DNA of 64,000 nt from Candidatus Latescibacterota bacterium (GTDB lineage Bacteria > Latescibacterota > UBA2968 > GCA-2709665). The stretch covers positions 1,024,001 to 1,088,000 of the forward strand of contig OZ250150.1 of the NCBI GenBank assembly GCA_965237675.1, in the 5' to 3' direction. The notes beneath the pieces are model-generated. The model did no database searches. It saw only the letters and a list, made by a program, of their open reading frames with translations, and was not told the origin of the DNA. The position numbers were made by a program, and so were the translations under genes. This document shows, one piece after another, positions 52,274 through 61,597 of this stretch. Position 1 is the first letter of the stretch; the number at the start of each line of letters is the position of its first letter.

Positions 52274-53569
52274 TCAAACGCCTGTCTTGAGACGGGCAAA
52301 GTTGATGGTATCGTCCAGAACAATAAGGGCCATATAAGTCGTGACATCGGTGCGAGACGGATCCAGTTTGGCGATTACCCGGCGGTACCAGGCCTGACGC
52401 TTTGCATCTTTCGGTCCGATGGTGCTGATTTGACGGTTGAAATCGCTGATCTCGGCCTCGGATTTGCTGTTCTCTGTATCGAGCCAGACAAGGACGTCTT
52501 CATCGGTGCGATGGGCTGCGAGTGCGTGGCTAAAGTCTCCTAGGGACACCCCCAGGAATTCCGCAATCTTACGGTCCAGGCCGGAATCCTCGCCATACCA
52601 GTAGTCGCCCAGCCTCCGGTGAATCGCCGCCCTGCCTTTGTCGATCATCCGGGCGAGGCCGTAGATACCTCCCGCGGAAGCGTCGAATGGGCTTCTTGGC
52701 GCGTGGCGCGACAGATCCACGACGTCGAAGGATGCTTCGTCGTCCAGGTCGAGCAGGTCGAACCAGGTGTAAACGTCGGTACGGTCCGGCGCGGCGTCAT
52801 TCAGCGCCGATTGGAAGATCGTGCGTTCCTTTTCGTTCTCCGGACGCTTCCTGGAGATCCGATAGTTGAATTCGGAGATCTCACCGGACGTTGCACCGGT
52901 GTGTTCCCGTACCCAATCCCCGAGTTCCAGATCGTTCGGATTGAGGTAGGCCGCTTCCCGGTAGTCCTCCGCTGTAAAACCGAGAAAGTCGGTAATCGCC
53001 TGGTCGATGGGGCAGTTGTAGATATATTCGCCCAGCAGCCCGGCCCTGTCCGCGCGGGCTTTGTCCGCCATCCGGGCAAGGCCGAAGATCCCCGCGACGT
53101 CCCGGCGGTAGGGTGACCGCGGTGCTCTTTGTGCGAGGTCGACGTCTCTGAAGTTCGCCCAGTCGTCCAGTTCGATGGATTGGAACACAGTGACGATATC
53201 CGTTCGCCCCGGGGCGTACTGTTCAAGGCGATCCTTGAGACGCTGTTTGCCGGCTTCGTCGTCCGGCTCGCGCTTGAGATGAAACTGATTGAAGGCGTCG
53301 ATCTCCTCGTCCGTCCGATCGGAAACCTCCCGTATCCAGAGACCAAGATCCGAATCGCCATAACGTCCGGCGGCGTCGGCAAAGTCGTCGTGCGAGACGC
53401 CCAGAAAATCCAGCAGGATTTTATCCAGGCCCGAGTCGTCGCCGTATAAAAATTCACCCAGCGTCCGCGTGTTGTATGCGCGGGCTTTGTCCGCCATACG
53501 CGCGAGGTTTACAATGTTGGCAATGGAGACACTGGACGGACGACGCGGTGGCTGACGAATAAGATCCAC
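52274..53569 (-). CDS. Protein of three tandem DUF5069-like domains
   Basis: Three repeats of DL...PR(S/R)P...LARM.DK.RA...LG(E/D)..Y...D.....FLG...(I/L).LDD; GTG start. Confidence 0.72.
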   Translation of the reverse strand: MDLIRQPPRRPSSVSIANIVNLARMADKARAYNTRTLGEFLYGDDSGLDKILLDFLGVSHDDFADAAGRYGDSDLGLWIREVSDRTDEEIDAFNQFHLKREPDDEAGKQRLKDRLEQYAPGRTDIVTVFQSIELDDWANFRDVDLAQRAPRSPYRRDVAGIFGLARMADKARADRAGLLGEYIYNCPIDQAITDFLGFTAEDYREAAYLNPNDLELGDWVREHTGATSGEISEFNYRISRKRPENEKERTIFQSALNDAAPDRTDVYTWFDLLDLDDEASFDVVDLSRHAPRSPFDASAGGIYGLARMIDKGRAAIHRRLGDYWYGEDSGLDRKIAEFLGVSLGDFSHALAAHRTDEDVLVWLDTENSKSEAEISDFNRQISTIGPKDAKRQAWYRRVIAKLDPSRTDVTTYMALIVLDDTINFARLKTGV

Positions 53570-53609
53570 AGGTACTTCCTTTCTACACGGAATTTGACAA
53601 CGTAAAATG

Positions 53610-53738
53610 CTACCAACTTACAAGAGTTATTGCCTCTATCTCATCAAAATGGCTATCGCGAGCCACCAGAGTCAACTGGTGCTGAATCGCTTGCGCAGCT
53701 ATCCGGATATCATTCTCCAGCAATATTCTACCATTTAT
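53610..53738 (-). pseudogene. VapC/PIN toxin remnant (ATA at start position, large internal deletion)
   Basis: Reads INGRILL-ENDIRIAAQAIQHQLTLVARDSHFDEI..W*: PIN N-terminus joined directly to PIN C-terminus; overlaps the antitoxin stop. Confidence 0.7.
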
Positions 53739-53958
53739 TATAATCTACTCGTTCGCATCCTTCATCAATCGATCGAGCTATTGTTCTCAGGTCATCCTTG
53801 TCGATTATGCCAGCAAACTTCAGAAGGTTTTTCCCTGGTATCCCTGGTGGTTGGTCATTCACCAACGAACGTGCAAACTTCAGCACACGTTCCTGCTGTG
53901 GCGTAGCCAACTTGTGAACTTCCTCAAGGATATCTTTCTCTATAGATGTTTCCGCCAT
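53728..53958 (-). CDS. Putative antitoxin (VapB/DUF2281-like)
   Basis: L..QQERVLKFARSL..GIPGKNLLKFAG..CERVD..W; upstream of the PIN remnant. Confidence 0.65.
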   Translation of the reverse strand: MAETSIEKDILEEVHKLATPQQERVLKFARSLVNDQPPGIPGKNLLKFAGIIDKDDLRTIARSIDEGCERVDYNKW

Positions 53959-54135
53959 GTTTTCGCTCCAACTACAAAGATGGATAAACGGTGAACTGTC
54001 GAAGTAAAATGGCGCGCCAGGCACGGGCGCCAGTGTTGAATTATCGTTGGTTTCTGTGTGATCCTAACTCAATGATTGCGGAGAAGCGCGTACCTCCGAT
54101 GCGACCTTCGGCAGTTTTTAAAATACTCCTTAATG

Positions 54136-54390
54136 TTACACGGTATGCGCAATGGCTTCTGCTTCGATCTCCGCTCGGTCTACGTCGTAACCTGCAGACT
54201 TCACATCTGCGATTGCCGAGAGAATGGCGGCTTCAAGAGAATCTCCCTCACGGGAAAAATCAACTGAGAAAACCCCGTTGCACAATCCTGGCGATCCATC
54301 ATCGCAACCGGCCTTAAACAAATCATCCGCGATCTCTTCGGTCAATTCGAACTGACCCTTTAATATCAAGGCAAACTCGTACTTTGCCAT
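54136..54390 (-). CDS. Small acidic protein, HicB-like antitoxin candidate
   Basis: FSREGDSLEAAILSAIADV; paired with the upstream basic ORF. Confidence 0.55.
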   Translation of the reverse strand: MAKYEFALILKGQFELTEEIADDLFKAGCDDGSPGLCNGVFSVDFSREGDSLEAAILSAIADVKSAGYDVDRAEIEAEAIAHTV

Positions 54391-54416
54391 GGTGTACATC
54401 CTTTCCAAGCTGCCGC

Positions 54417-54647
54417 CTATATCGCGTGGTGCGGGCACCGTTCAACGGACCGGCGGATTACTCTGGCATGGTCTTCAGGATTCCTTGGCGTTGAGTAAAC
54501 GGCCCTGACACATCCGTTCCGATTCCTCAACGGACAAAACAATCGACCCCAGGTGTGGGACCGCGGCCCGGCTTTTCGAAACGTCCACCCTTGATCCAGG
54601 GCGTACGCAATTGCTGCGCGAATATACCTGTTTGGATGATCTGACAA
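54417..54647 (-). CDS. Small basic protein, HicA-like toxin candidate
   Basis: GWTF..G..SH, VYSTP; TTG start; HicA-like spacing. Confidence 0.5.
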   Translation of the reverse strand: MSDHPNRYIRAAIAYALDQGWTFRKAGPRSHTWGRLFCPLRNRNGCVRAVYSTPRNPEDHARVIRRSVERCPHHAI

Positions 54648-54733
54648 TAGTACGCAAACCCCCGTTTAGTGTCAAGGGATCCGGCAAGTCACAACCCGGC
54701 CGACATCGACCCCGAGACTGCCGATGTTCGCGG

Positions 54734-55360
54734 CTACGTGTTCATACGGGTGAGCATATCCCGGTCGTTGAGATAGGGGACGGAACCGTCCAGAAAGGTC
54801 TGCAGGAGGTCTTCCGGTGTCAGGTCGGACGTATCAATTTCGAATTTGCGCATGATCCAGCAGGCGCCGTACTCCGCCTGGAATTCGTCCAGGATCTCCT
54901 GGATGTCCTCCCTGGGGACAATGTGATAGGTATGTCGGTCTTCCTTCATGCGTCTTTCAATGACATCGGCGCGGGCTTTGAGATGGACCAGGATGGTGTC
55001 CCGCGGCATCTCGGCTTCCCAGGCTCTCGGCGTTTCGGAAAGACGGCCGACAGTGGGGTAATAGTACCGGGGGCCGTAGATGTATTCCTCGATGTGAAAC
55101 CCGCCCAGCAGAATGTTTTCGTATTTGTTGATCAGCCGAACGTGGTAGGCAAGCTGAAATCGCTGGTAACGTTCCTTGATGGCTTCGGGCAACCCCAGCA
55201 TGATCCGCTGGTCGCCTTCCGTTTTGAGCATCTGGCAGTCGGGAATGCTGAAGTGATCGTCCAGGTGGTGGACGATGCCCCGGTCGCGTCCCCACTGCAT
55301 GAGGCCGTTGAAAAGGGTTGTTTTTCCGGTGTACTCACAGCCAATGGCGATGATGCGCAT
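54734..55360 (-). CDS. P-loop nucleoside/nucleotide kinase-like protein
   Basis: N-terminal Walker A GCEYTGKTT, lid-like VIERR, IDTS. Confidence 0.7.
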   Translation of the reverse strand: MRIIAIGCEYTGKTTLFNGLMQWGRDRGIVHHLDDHFSIPDCQMLKTEGDQRIMLGLPEAIKERYQRFQLAYHVRLINKYENILLGGFHIEEYIYGPRYYYPTVGRLSETPRAWEAEMPRDTILVHLKARADVIERRMKEDRHTYHIVPREDIQEILDEFQAEYGACWIMRKFEIDTSDLTPEDLLQTFLDGSVPYLNDRDMLTRMNT

Positions 55361-55448
55361 GGTGAAATCTCCTCAACGAAGTGAAAGTTCGCGGGCGACT
55401 ACGGACGGAAACCGGATTCGGAAGAAATATCGAGAAGCACGAACCGTA

Positions 55449-56198
55449 TCATCGGCCCACGGCGTTTATAAAGGCTTTGACGCGGTTGGGATCCGCGAGG
55501 TTATGCGAAAACTCCGGTGGGCGGAACTCACCGCCCATAAACACGTTGGGGTTACGGTACGTCATACGGCTGGAGACACCGCTCCCGGCGGCGACATGGA
55601 TTTCGCGGGCGCCGGTGCCGGAGACGACTTTCGCGACATTGCGTTCGGTAATCCCGCCGCCGGGCATGACCACGATACGGCCGTCGGACCTCTTGATCAG
55701 ATCCGAAATGAGGTCGACGCCTTCGAGCGCGGAATTCTCCTGGCCCGACGTCAACATCCTGTCCACGCCAAGCGCAATCAGATCGTCCAGCGCGCGGTGA
55801 GGGTCGGCGGCCATATCGAAAGCGCGGTGAAACGTGACGGCAAGGGGCCGGATGCGTTTGATGAGAATGCCGGTGCGCTGCACGTCTATGGAGCCGTCCG
55901 GATTCAGCAGGCCGATGACAATCCCGTCCGCGCCGCAGTCGACGGCCAGTTCGACGTCCCTTAACATCGTTTCGAACTCGACCTCGGAATAGCAGAAGTC
56001 GCCCCCCCTCGGCCGCACGATGACGTTGAGTCCGATGTCGATATGCTTTCGGGCAACCTGAACGGCGCCGGCGCTGGGGGTGGTGCCGCCTTCCACCAGG
56101 TTGTCGCACAGTTCCACCCGATGGGCGCCGCCTTCCTGAGCGGAAATGGCGCCCTGCGCGGAACCGACGCAGATTTCAAACAGTACTGGCGGGTTCAA
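55449..56198 (-). CDS. cutC: Copper homeostasis protein CutC family
   Basis: EICV, RVELC..GGTTPS, RPRGGDF, TFHRAFD, LTSG, MPGGG. Confidence 0.93.
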   Translation of the reverse strand: MNPPVLFEICVGSAQGAISAQEGGAHRVELCDNLVEGGTTPSAGAVQVARKHIDIGLNVIVRPRGGDFCYSEVEFETMLRDVELAVDCGADGIVIGLLNPDGSIDVQRTGILIKRIRPLAVTFHRAFDMAADPHRALDDLIALGVDRMLTSGQENSALEGVDLISDLIKRSDGRIVVMPGGGITERNVAKVVSGTGAREIHVAAGSGVSSRMTYRNPNVFMGGEFRPPEFSHNLADPNRVKAFINAVGR

Positions 56199-56279
56199 AT
56201 TAATCCTCCGTCGGTGATGTCGTTGATCCCCCGCAGTCCGGACAGGAGCCCGTTCGTTGGGTCCGGCTCCGGTTACGTC

Positions 56280-59200
56280 CTACGCGATATACCCGAATTC
56301 CATATCGTCCATCCACAGGATCTGATCGGGTTCCCCTCCTCGATCGAACGCGATGGAGACGATTGTGTAGCCCGGTTGGACGTCCAGTTCCGCCCGGTAT
56401 TCGGTCCACGCCTCGCTGGGTCGGATCGGAACGACAAGATGGGTGTCCTGCTGGCCGGACACGGAAACGTGCGCATGGGTGGCGGAGCCCCTGGCTTTGA
56501 ACCGCAGGTGGTACCGTCCGGCGGTGCAAAGACGCATTGGACGGCTCTTGAGCGATATGGGATCCCTGGGCCTCGTAAACTTGAGACAGGCGCCGCCTTC
56601 CACGGCATCCTCCGTGCTCCACGCCGGCCAGCCGGGATCGTGCGTGCGTGGGTGCTGTACGTTCCAGTAACGCGGCGGATAATCCACGATACCGGCTTCA
56701 AAGCCGCCATTGCAAAGCAGGTTGATGAGTCTGCCTTTGTAGCTTTGTATCGGGTGGGCCCGGGGGTCCGGGGGTCCGGCAGGCGGATAGCGGACGAAGA
56801 CTTCCGTTCCCTCTCTCAGGCAGGCGGCGGCGCGGCCCGTCGCACGCACACTCATGTCCGGGTCCCATCGGTCCTGAACGAGCAATTCCGCGCCGTCCGC
56901 GACGAGTTCGTAGATGCCCGGCTCACGCGGCGTGATCTCGGCAAAGGCAATGATGTCCCCGTTGTCCGCGATGGCTGTCTGCAAACGCACTGTCTGCCGG
57001 CCCTCTTCATCCGTAAGTGTCAGCTGAAGGGATTTCGTGGGGGCGGCAAGATCCGCGACCGGGTCAATCCACAGGACCGATTCACCCGTGTCCTTCAACT
57101 CGACTTCGACCTTCCCGTCCCGCCATGTAAAATCGATCGGTTTCGCGTCCCGTGGACGTTCCGGCGGCGACGAGAATATGCATCCTGGCGCACGGGGAAG
57201 GTGGACCGCGAGACGCACCGGCGCCGAATGCTGAACCTGGATCTGTGCACTCGCGCCTGGCAGGTTGTAATTCGCTGCCGCGTCGCACTCCGCATCGGCG
57301 ATCATGAGAATCTCGCCATCCAGGCTGAGCCGGGTGCCCCCGTGCAGCAACCAGCGATGAAGTCGATCCCCGCCGCGGCTGATATTGGCCACGCTGGCGT
57401 CGGTCTCGATACCCGCACCGGCAATTGTCCCGCCCCGTCGGGTCCGGAACAGGACGCATTCGGACCTGTTCCCGGATTGAAAGTATAGGGCTTCGGCGCC
57501 TTCCGCGTCGACCCGGCGGATGTCACTGATCCGCGCCCCCGCCGTTTTTCCGAAGGTATTCATCACGGCCAGGATTTGCGCACTGGCTTTTTTTTTCGTT
57601 GTGGCGCGGATGTTCCACTGCTGGGGGAAGGCTTCGGTAAAGCGGCACCAGTCGCGGGTTTTAAGGGGAAACGGCCGGTGGTTGTTCTGGGCGTATTTCA
57701 GAGGCCCGTCTGTCAGATGCCGGACCAGAAGGCGCTGATCCCGCTGCCGGATGGTCATGGATTGACTGCGTTCACTTATATCTGCGCGTTCGAACGTGTT
57801 GAGCGTCCAGGTGTATTCCCTGGGTTCAGGCGCCTTCAGATCGTCACAGATGACGAAGACGTCGGGCCGGATAAACAGGACGTGGCGGCGGAACGTTTCG
57901 AGCCGTTCCCCGTACGCGTCTGAAGCGTCGCCTGTGAAGAAACAGGCGTCGGGTGTATTGAAAAAGGCCGTTATCTTTCCCTTGTGGGCAATGCCCCGGC
58001 ACTGGCCCTCGCCGTCGACGAGCATGGAATTGTGCGCCTGTGTGGTTCGGCTCCATTGGGTATGGTAGGTATCCCCGGAATAGGTGTAATACCCCGCATC
58101 GCAGCAGAGGATCTCACCGCCCGCGTGGATGACGAATCCGTTCTGATCCTGGTGGGCGTGGCTGTGATCGCCCCACGGGCTGCTGCGGAAGAAAATGCGG
58201 CTGCTGCCGTGGTCGTAAAACCGGTCGTAAGCGGCGAGTTGGCCGACATCGGGAAACAGGCGGGCCTGCGCGATATCCACGGGCGGTCTGGATGGGACGC
58301 CGCTGTCGGAGAGATACTGGAGCGGGAGATGGACCGGGTTGCAGACCCGTGTATCGCTCCACCACTTGACGGTGGGGTCGCCCGTCATCGCGGCCACGAA
58401 AGCGGAAACGTACGTATCGGCATCGCTGCCGAAATTGGCGTCGATCAGGGAATAACAGTCCCCCCAGTGGTTCCACCAGTAATTAAGGGACATGCAGTAC
58501 ATCCAGAACGCGCCGGTATTCTGCCACCGGGGTTCCCGGGAGAGGTCCAGGCCGGTAGCGGTTTTCAGGGCGGCGAGGCCTTCCAGGATGAATTGAACTT
58601 TATGGCCGTACTTCTGACCTTCGGTGTACCCGCCATCGCTGCTTCCCCAGGCAATCCGGTTGACGTACTGGCGGATGAGGTAGTCGGCCCATTCCCGGGT
58701 CCGGGCGGATTCGGTCGCGACGGCCAGAACCGTGGTAAGCAGCGCATGCATGCACTGTTGACCGTGGGAATTCTGATAATTCAGGTGAATCCGCACTCTG
58801 TCCCGGATCCACATGTAGGCTGCTTCACAATGGAATTCGATGTGGGCCAGCGCACTTGCGCGTTCTTCGGGATTCAGGAGGGCGTAAAGCCGATCGTACG
58901 CGAGGGCCATCCCCTTCAGACCGAATTCGTAGCAGTAGACAACGGTGTCGTGTTGCCCACGGTCCTCGAGGTGGATGTCGACGCGGAAATTCGAGAGGAA
59001 GGCCATCCAGCGCCGCGCGGCCTCGGCGTACTTTTCGCTGCCCGAGATCAGATACGCAAACGAGAGTGCATTGACGTTATCGGCGCCCTGCTTGAGTTCG
59101 GCGATCCGGTAGTCGGCCGGAAACGTGAGACGGTCGTTTTTCAAATGAAAGACCTGACCGCGCCGTTCGGCCAGGTTCGCCGGTACGGATTGCAGGTTCA

Positions 59201-59702
59201 ATTCGGGCGGTTCGGTCTGCGTCAGGCCGTCGGCGCGGTATCTGAGGTGCTTCCAGGCTTCGCGGCCGGGGCCATGCCTGCGGGTGCGGAACGCCTCCAG
59301 GGTGTCCGGGGTGACAAAAACGCGCGGATGGTCCGGCATGGCGTCCAGGATACGCTTCGTTGGCGGTACCGGAAGCGGGATGGATTCGGGCGTGATGTGA
59401 AAGCTGCGTGCAGGGCCGGGTTGGGATTGTTCACCCTGGGACGTCGCCGCGAAGTAACGCCAGTGCCACGTTCCGCCGGCCAGTTCGATCGACGGATTGT
59501 AGAACGGCATGTCGATGCCCGTGCAGCGGATAACGTCCTTCCGGAAGTCGGGATCCCTGCAGATCTCCACGATGTATGTGGCGGCCCTGTCGTCTACGCG
59601 CCAGATAAGGGCCGGCGGATTCTGGATCGCGATGGAGCCTTCGGCGGGCGTGATCGGCGGATGGCGCGACGGCGAGGGCGACGTGTCGACGGCAAGAGCC
59701 AT
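56280..59702 (-). CDS. DUF4962 plus heparinase II/III-like lyase with C-terminal carbohydrate-binding-like domain
   Basis: QNPPALIW, HPRVFVT, SHAHQDQNGF, AHNSMLVDGEGQ, C-term NLLCNGGFE. Confidence 0.82.
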   Translation of the reverse strand: MALAVDTSPSPSRHPPITPAEGSIAIQNPPALIWRVDDRAATYIVEICRDPDFRKDVIRCTGIDMPFYNPSIELAGGTWHWRYFAATSQGEQSQPGPARSFHITPESIPLPVPPTKRILDAMPDHPRVFVTPDTLEAFRTRRHGPGREAWKHLRYRADGLTQTEPPELNLQSVPANLAERRGQVFHLKNDRLTFPADYRIAELKQGADNVNALSFAYLISGSEKYAEAARRWMAFLSNFRVDIHLEDRGQHDTVVYCYEFGLKGMALAYDRLYALLNPEERASALAHIEFHCEAAYMWIRDRVRIHLNYQNSHGQQCMHALLTTVLAVATESARTREWADYLIRQYVNRIAWGSSDGGYTEGQKYGHKVQFILEGLAALKTATGLDLSREPRWQNTGAFWMYCMSLNYWWNHWGDCYSLIDANFGSDADTYVSAFVAAMTGDPTVKWWSDTRVCNPVHLPLQYLSDSGVPSRPPVDIAQARLFPDVGQLAAYDRFYDHGSSRIFFRSSPWGDHSHAHQDQNGFVIHAGGEILCCDAGYYTYSGDTYHTQWSRTTQAHNSMLVDGEGQCRGIAHKGKITAFFNTPDACFFTGDASDAYGERLETFRRHVLFIRPDVFVICDDLKAPEPREYTWTLNTFERADISERSQSMTIRQRDQRLLVRHLTDGPLKYAQNNHRPFPLKTRDWCRFTEAFPQQWNIRATTKKKASAQILAVMNTFGKTAGARISDIRRVDAEGAEALYFQSGNRSECVLFRTRRGGTIAGAGIETDASVANISRGGDRLHRWLLHGGTRLSLDGEILMIADAECDAAANYNLPGASAQIQVQHSAPVRLAVHLPRAPGCIFSSPPERPRDAKPIDFTWRDGKVEVELKDTGESVLWIDPVADLAAPTKSLQLTLTDEEGRQTVRLQTAIADNGDIIAFAEITPREPGIYELVADGAELLVQDRWDPDMSVRATGRAAACLREGTEVFVRYPPAGPPDPRAHPIQSYKGRLINLLCNGGFEAGIVDYPPRYWNVQHPRTHDPGWPAWSTEDAVEGGACLKFTRPRDPISLKSRPMRLCTAGRYHLRFKARGSATHAHVSVSGQQDTHLVVPIRPSEAWTEYRAELDVQPGYTIVSIAFDRGGEPDQILWMDDMEFGYIA

Positions 59703-59888
59703 GTGCGGTTCTCCAATGGAATATCGGCGCGGGCGGGTTCACCCCCAGTTCTCGCCACCTGCGGCAATGCTTGGCGTCGTCAACCGTACGGAAACCCACC
59801 CCAACGTCCAACCGCGGACCGGCATCGTCCCATTCGAACGGCAATGTCGGTACAATATAGCGACCCCGTCGGTCCGGGGGCAAGTGCC

Positions 59889-59917
59889 TTGACATGCCGA
59901 TGCCACGGGGGTATCTT
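59889..59917 (+). promoter_or_regulatory. sigma70-type promoter of the lipoprotein-DUF350-SDR-speE operon
   Basis: TTGACA-17 bp-TATCTT. Confidence 0.55.
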
Positions 59918-60056
59918 TGTACGAGAGGCGCAAGCGCGATATGTGCCCTTCACGCTGGTGGTATCCCGACCACATGAACGGACTTTTGATATCTTTGAGT
60001 ATCCGTGTCTTCGGGCAAGACGCGTTTCCCGGGATTTGCGTTTTAAGGAGATGCTT

Positions 60057-60743
60057 ATGCAACAGTTTCGATGGCCGGTAATCGTATTCACTGTGCTCTG
60101 GGTTGGGGGGTGCGGCGCACGGGATCCCGTTAAGGAAATGCAGAAGAGCCTCGCTAACGCGCCCGAGTATATGATCATACTGGAAGATATGAGAGAAGCG
60201 GGTACTTTCTCCACGGACTATTACCATAAGTACACCGTGGTACAGGGGGAGCGGCGGCGCACGACGAACTGGATCGAGGTACCCCACAAGGTTTATCGGC
60301 GGTACCAGGCGTTTCTTGGCATGGCCATTGTGGCCAAATCGGACAAAGGGGTGAACGATACCCCCCATCCGCCCGGATACCACTATGTCGGAAACTCGCA
60401 GTACGGGAGTTGGAATCACGGAAGCGGAGGGAGTTTCTGGGTGTTCTACGGTCAATACGCGATGATGCGGAATTTAATGGGTGGGGGCTACGGGGGGCAA
60501 ATATACCGGAACGACTACGCCGACTATCGCAACAACCGCGATCGGCGGCGTCCGTACTATGGGCGCAACCGCCAGTACGGTACCGAAGGGTCGGTCACGA
60601 AGAAGCAAAGGCCGGCGTTCTACCAGCGTCGGAAACAGGCGATAGCAAACAGGCAGCGGTCCTTCTCCCAGAGGGTCAGGGACCGGTCCGGTCGCAACAG
60701 GTCGGGCTTTGGCAGCCGCAGCAGAGGGAGGTTTGGAAAATGA
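60057..60743 (+). CDS. Putative lipoprotein with Gly/Tyr-rich middle and Arg-rich tail
   Basis: AAGGAG RBS, signal peptide with lipobox-like VGGC, PPGY.YVGN..YG.W..SFW.FYGQYA, tail SRSRGRFGK. Confidence 0.75.
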   Translation: MQQFRWPVIVFTVLWVGGCGARDPVKEMQKSLANAPEYMIILEDMREAGTFSTDYYHKYTVVQGERRRTTNWIEVPHKVYRRYQAFLGMAIVAKSDKGVNDTPHPPGYHYVGNSQYGSWNHGSGGSFWVFYGQYAMMRNLMGGGYGGQIYRNDYADYRNNRDRRRPYYGRNRQYGTEGSVTKKQRPAFYQRRKQAIANRQRSFSQRVRDRSGRNRSGFGSRSRGRFGK

Positions 60744-61585
60744 TGTGGGACAGTTTGATGGAATCGGGGATTTACCTGGTCTGCGCGTATGTCTTGTTCT
60801 GGATTGGCAAGCTGGTATACGACTGGACCACGCCGAGCTACCGCGTGAAGGAAGAGCTTGTGGAGAAGGACAACACCGCCCTGTCGGTGGCAATGGTGGG
60901 GTACTTTTTCGGACTGGTGATGGCCATAGGAGGCGTGATTTCCGGTCCGTCGCATGGGCTGGAGATTGACCTGATCGACGTGCTCATTTACGGACCGTTG
61001 TCGATTGTGCTGATGAATCTGTCGCGGATCATCAACGACCGGTTGATCCTGCACCAATTCTCCATTCGGGATGAAATTATCCGGGATCAGAATACCGGCA
61101 CGGGAGCCGTGGTGTGCGCCTCTTACATCGCCACGGGTCTGGTGATTTTCGGAGCCGTGTCGGGCGAACTGGGGGGCGTGGGCACAACGGTCGTTTTCTG
61201 GGTGCTGGGACAGGCGGCGCTGGTGCTGGCGGGCGTTGTCTACAACTGGACGACGCCTTACGATCTGCACGCGGAAATCGAACGGGACAACGTGGCGGCG
61301 GGCGTGGCTTTTGCGGGCGCACTGATAGGTATCGGCATTGTGGTGCGGCACGCGGTTGCCGGAGACTTTATTTCCTGGACAACGAGCCTGCAGGACTTCG
61401 CGCTTGAGGTGGTCCTCGGGCTGGTTCTGCTGATCGTAGTACGGGTTGCCACGGACAAAGTGCTGTTGCCGGGTTTGAACCTCTCGGCGGAAATTTCGGA
61501 TCCCGAGAAGCCGCACCTGGGCGCCGGATGTATTGAAGCGTTTTCATACGTGGGTGCGTCGCTGCTGATCGTGTGGGCCTTGTAG
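60740..61585 (+). CDS. DUF350 family membrane protein (repeated domain)
   Basis: Repeated EL.EKDNTA, EI.RDQNTG, EIERDNVAAG units with TMs; ATGA overlap with the upstream gene. Confidence 0.8.
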   Translation: MMWDSLMESGIYLVCAYVLFWIGKLVYDWTTPSYRVKEELVEKDNTALSVAMVGYFFGLVMAIGGVISGPSHGLEIDLIDVLIYGPLSIVLMNLSRIINDRLILHQFSIRDEIIRDQNTGTGAVVCASYIATGLVIFGAVSGELGGVGTTVVFWVLGQAALVLAGVVYNWTTPYDLHAEIERDNVAAGVAFAGALIGIGIVVRHAVAGDFISWTTSLQDFALEVVLGLVLLIVVRVATDKVLLPGLNLSAEISDPEKPHLGAGCIEAFSYVGASLLIVWAL

Positions 61586-61597
61586 GAAACGGCTACG

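Noticed and set aside
59918-60050. Riboswitch in the leader of the speE operon
   Set aside because: Only short hairpins; no recognisable aptamer consensus
57984-60056. 919-aa + strand ORF
   Set aside because: Mostly the antisense shadow of the DUF4962 lyase; only 60057-60743 has an RBS and protein-like features
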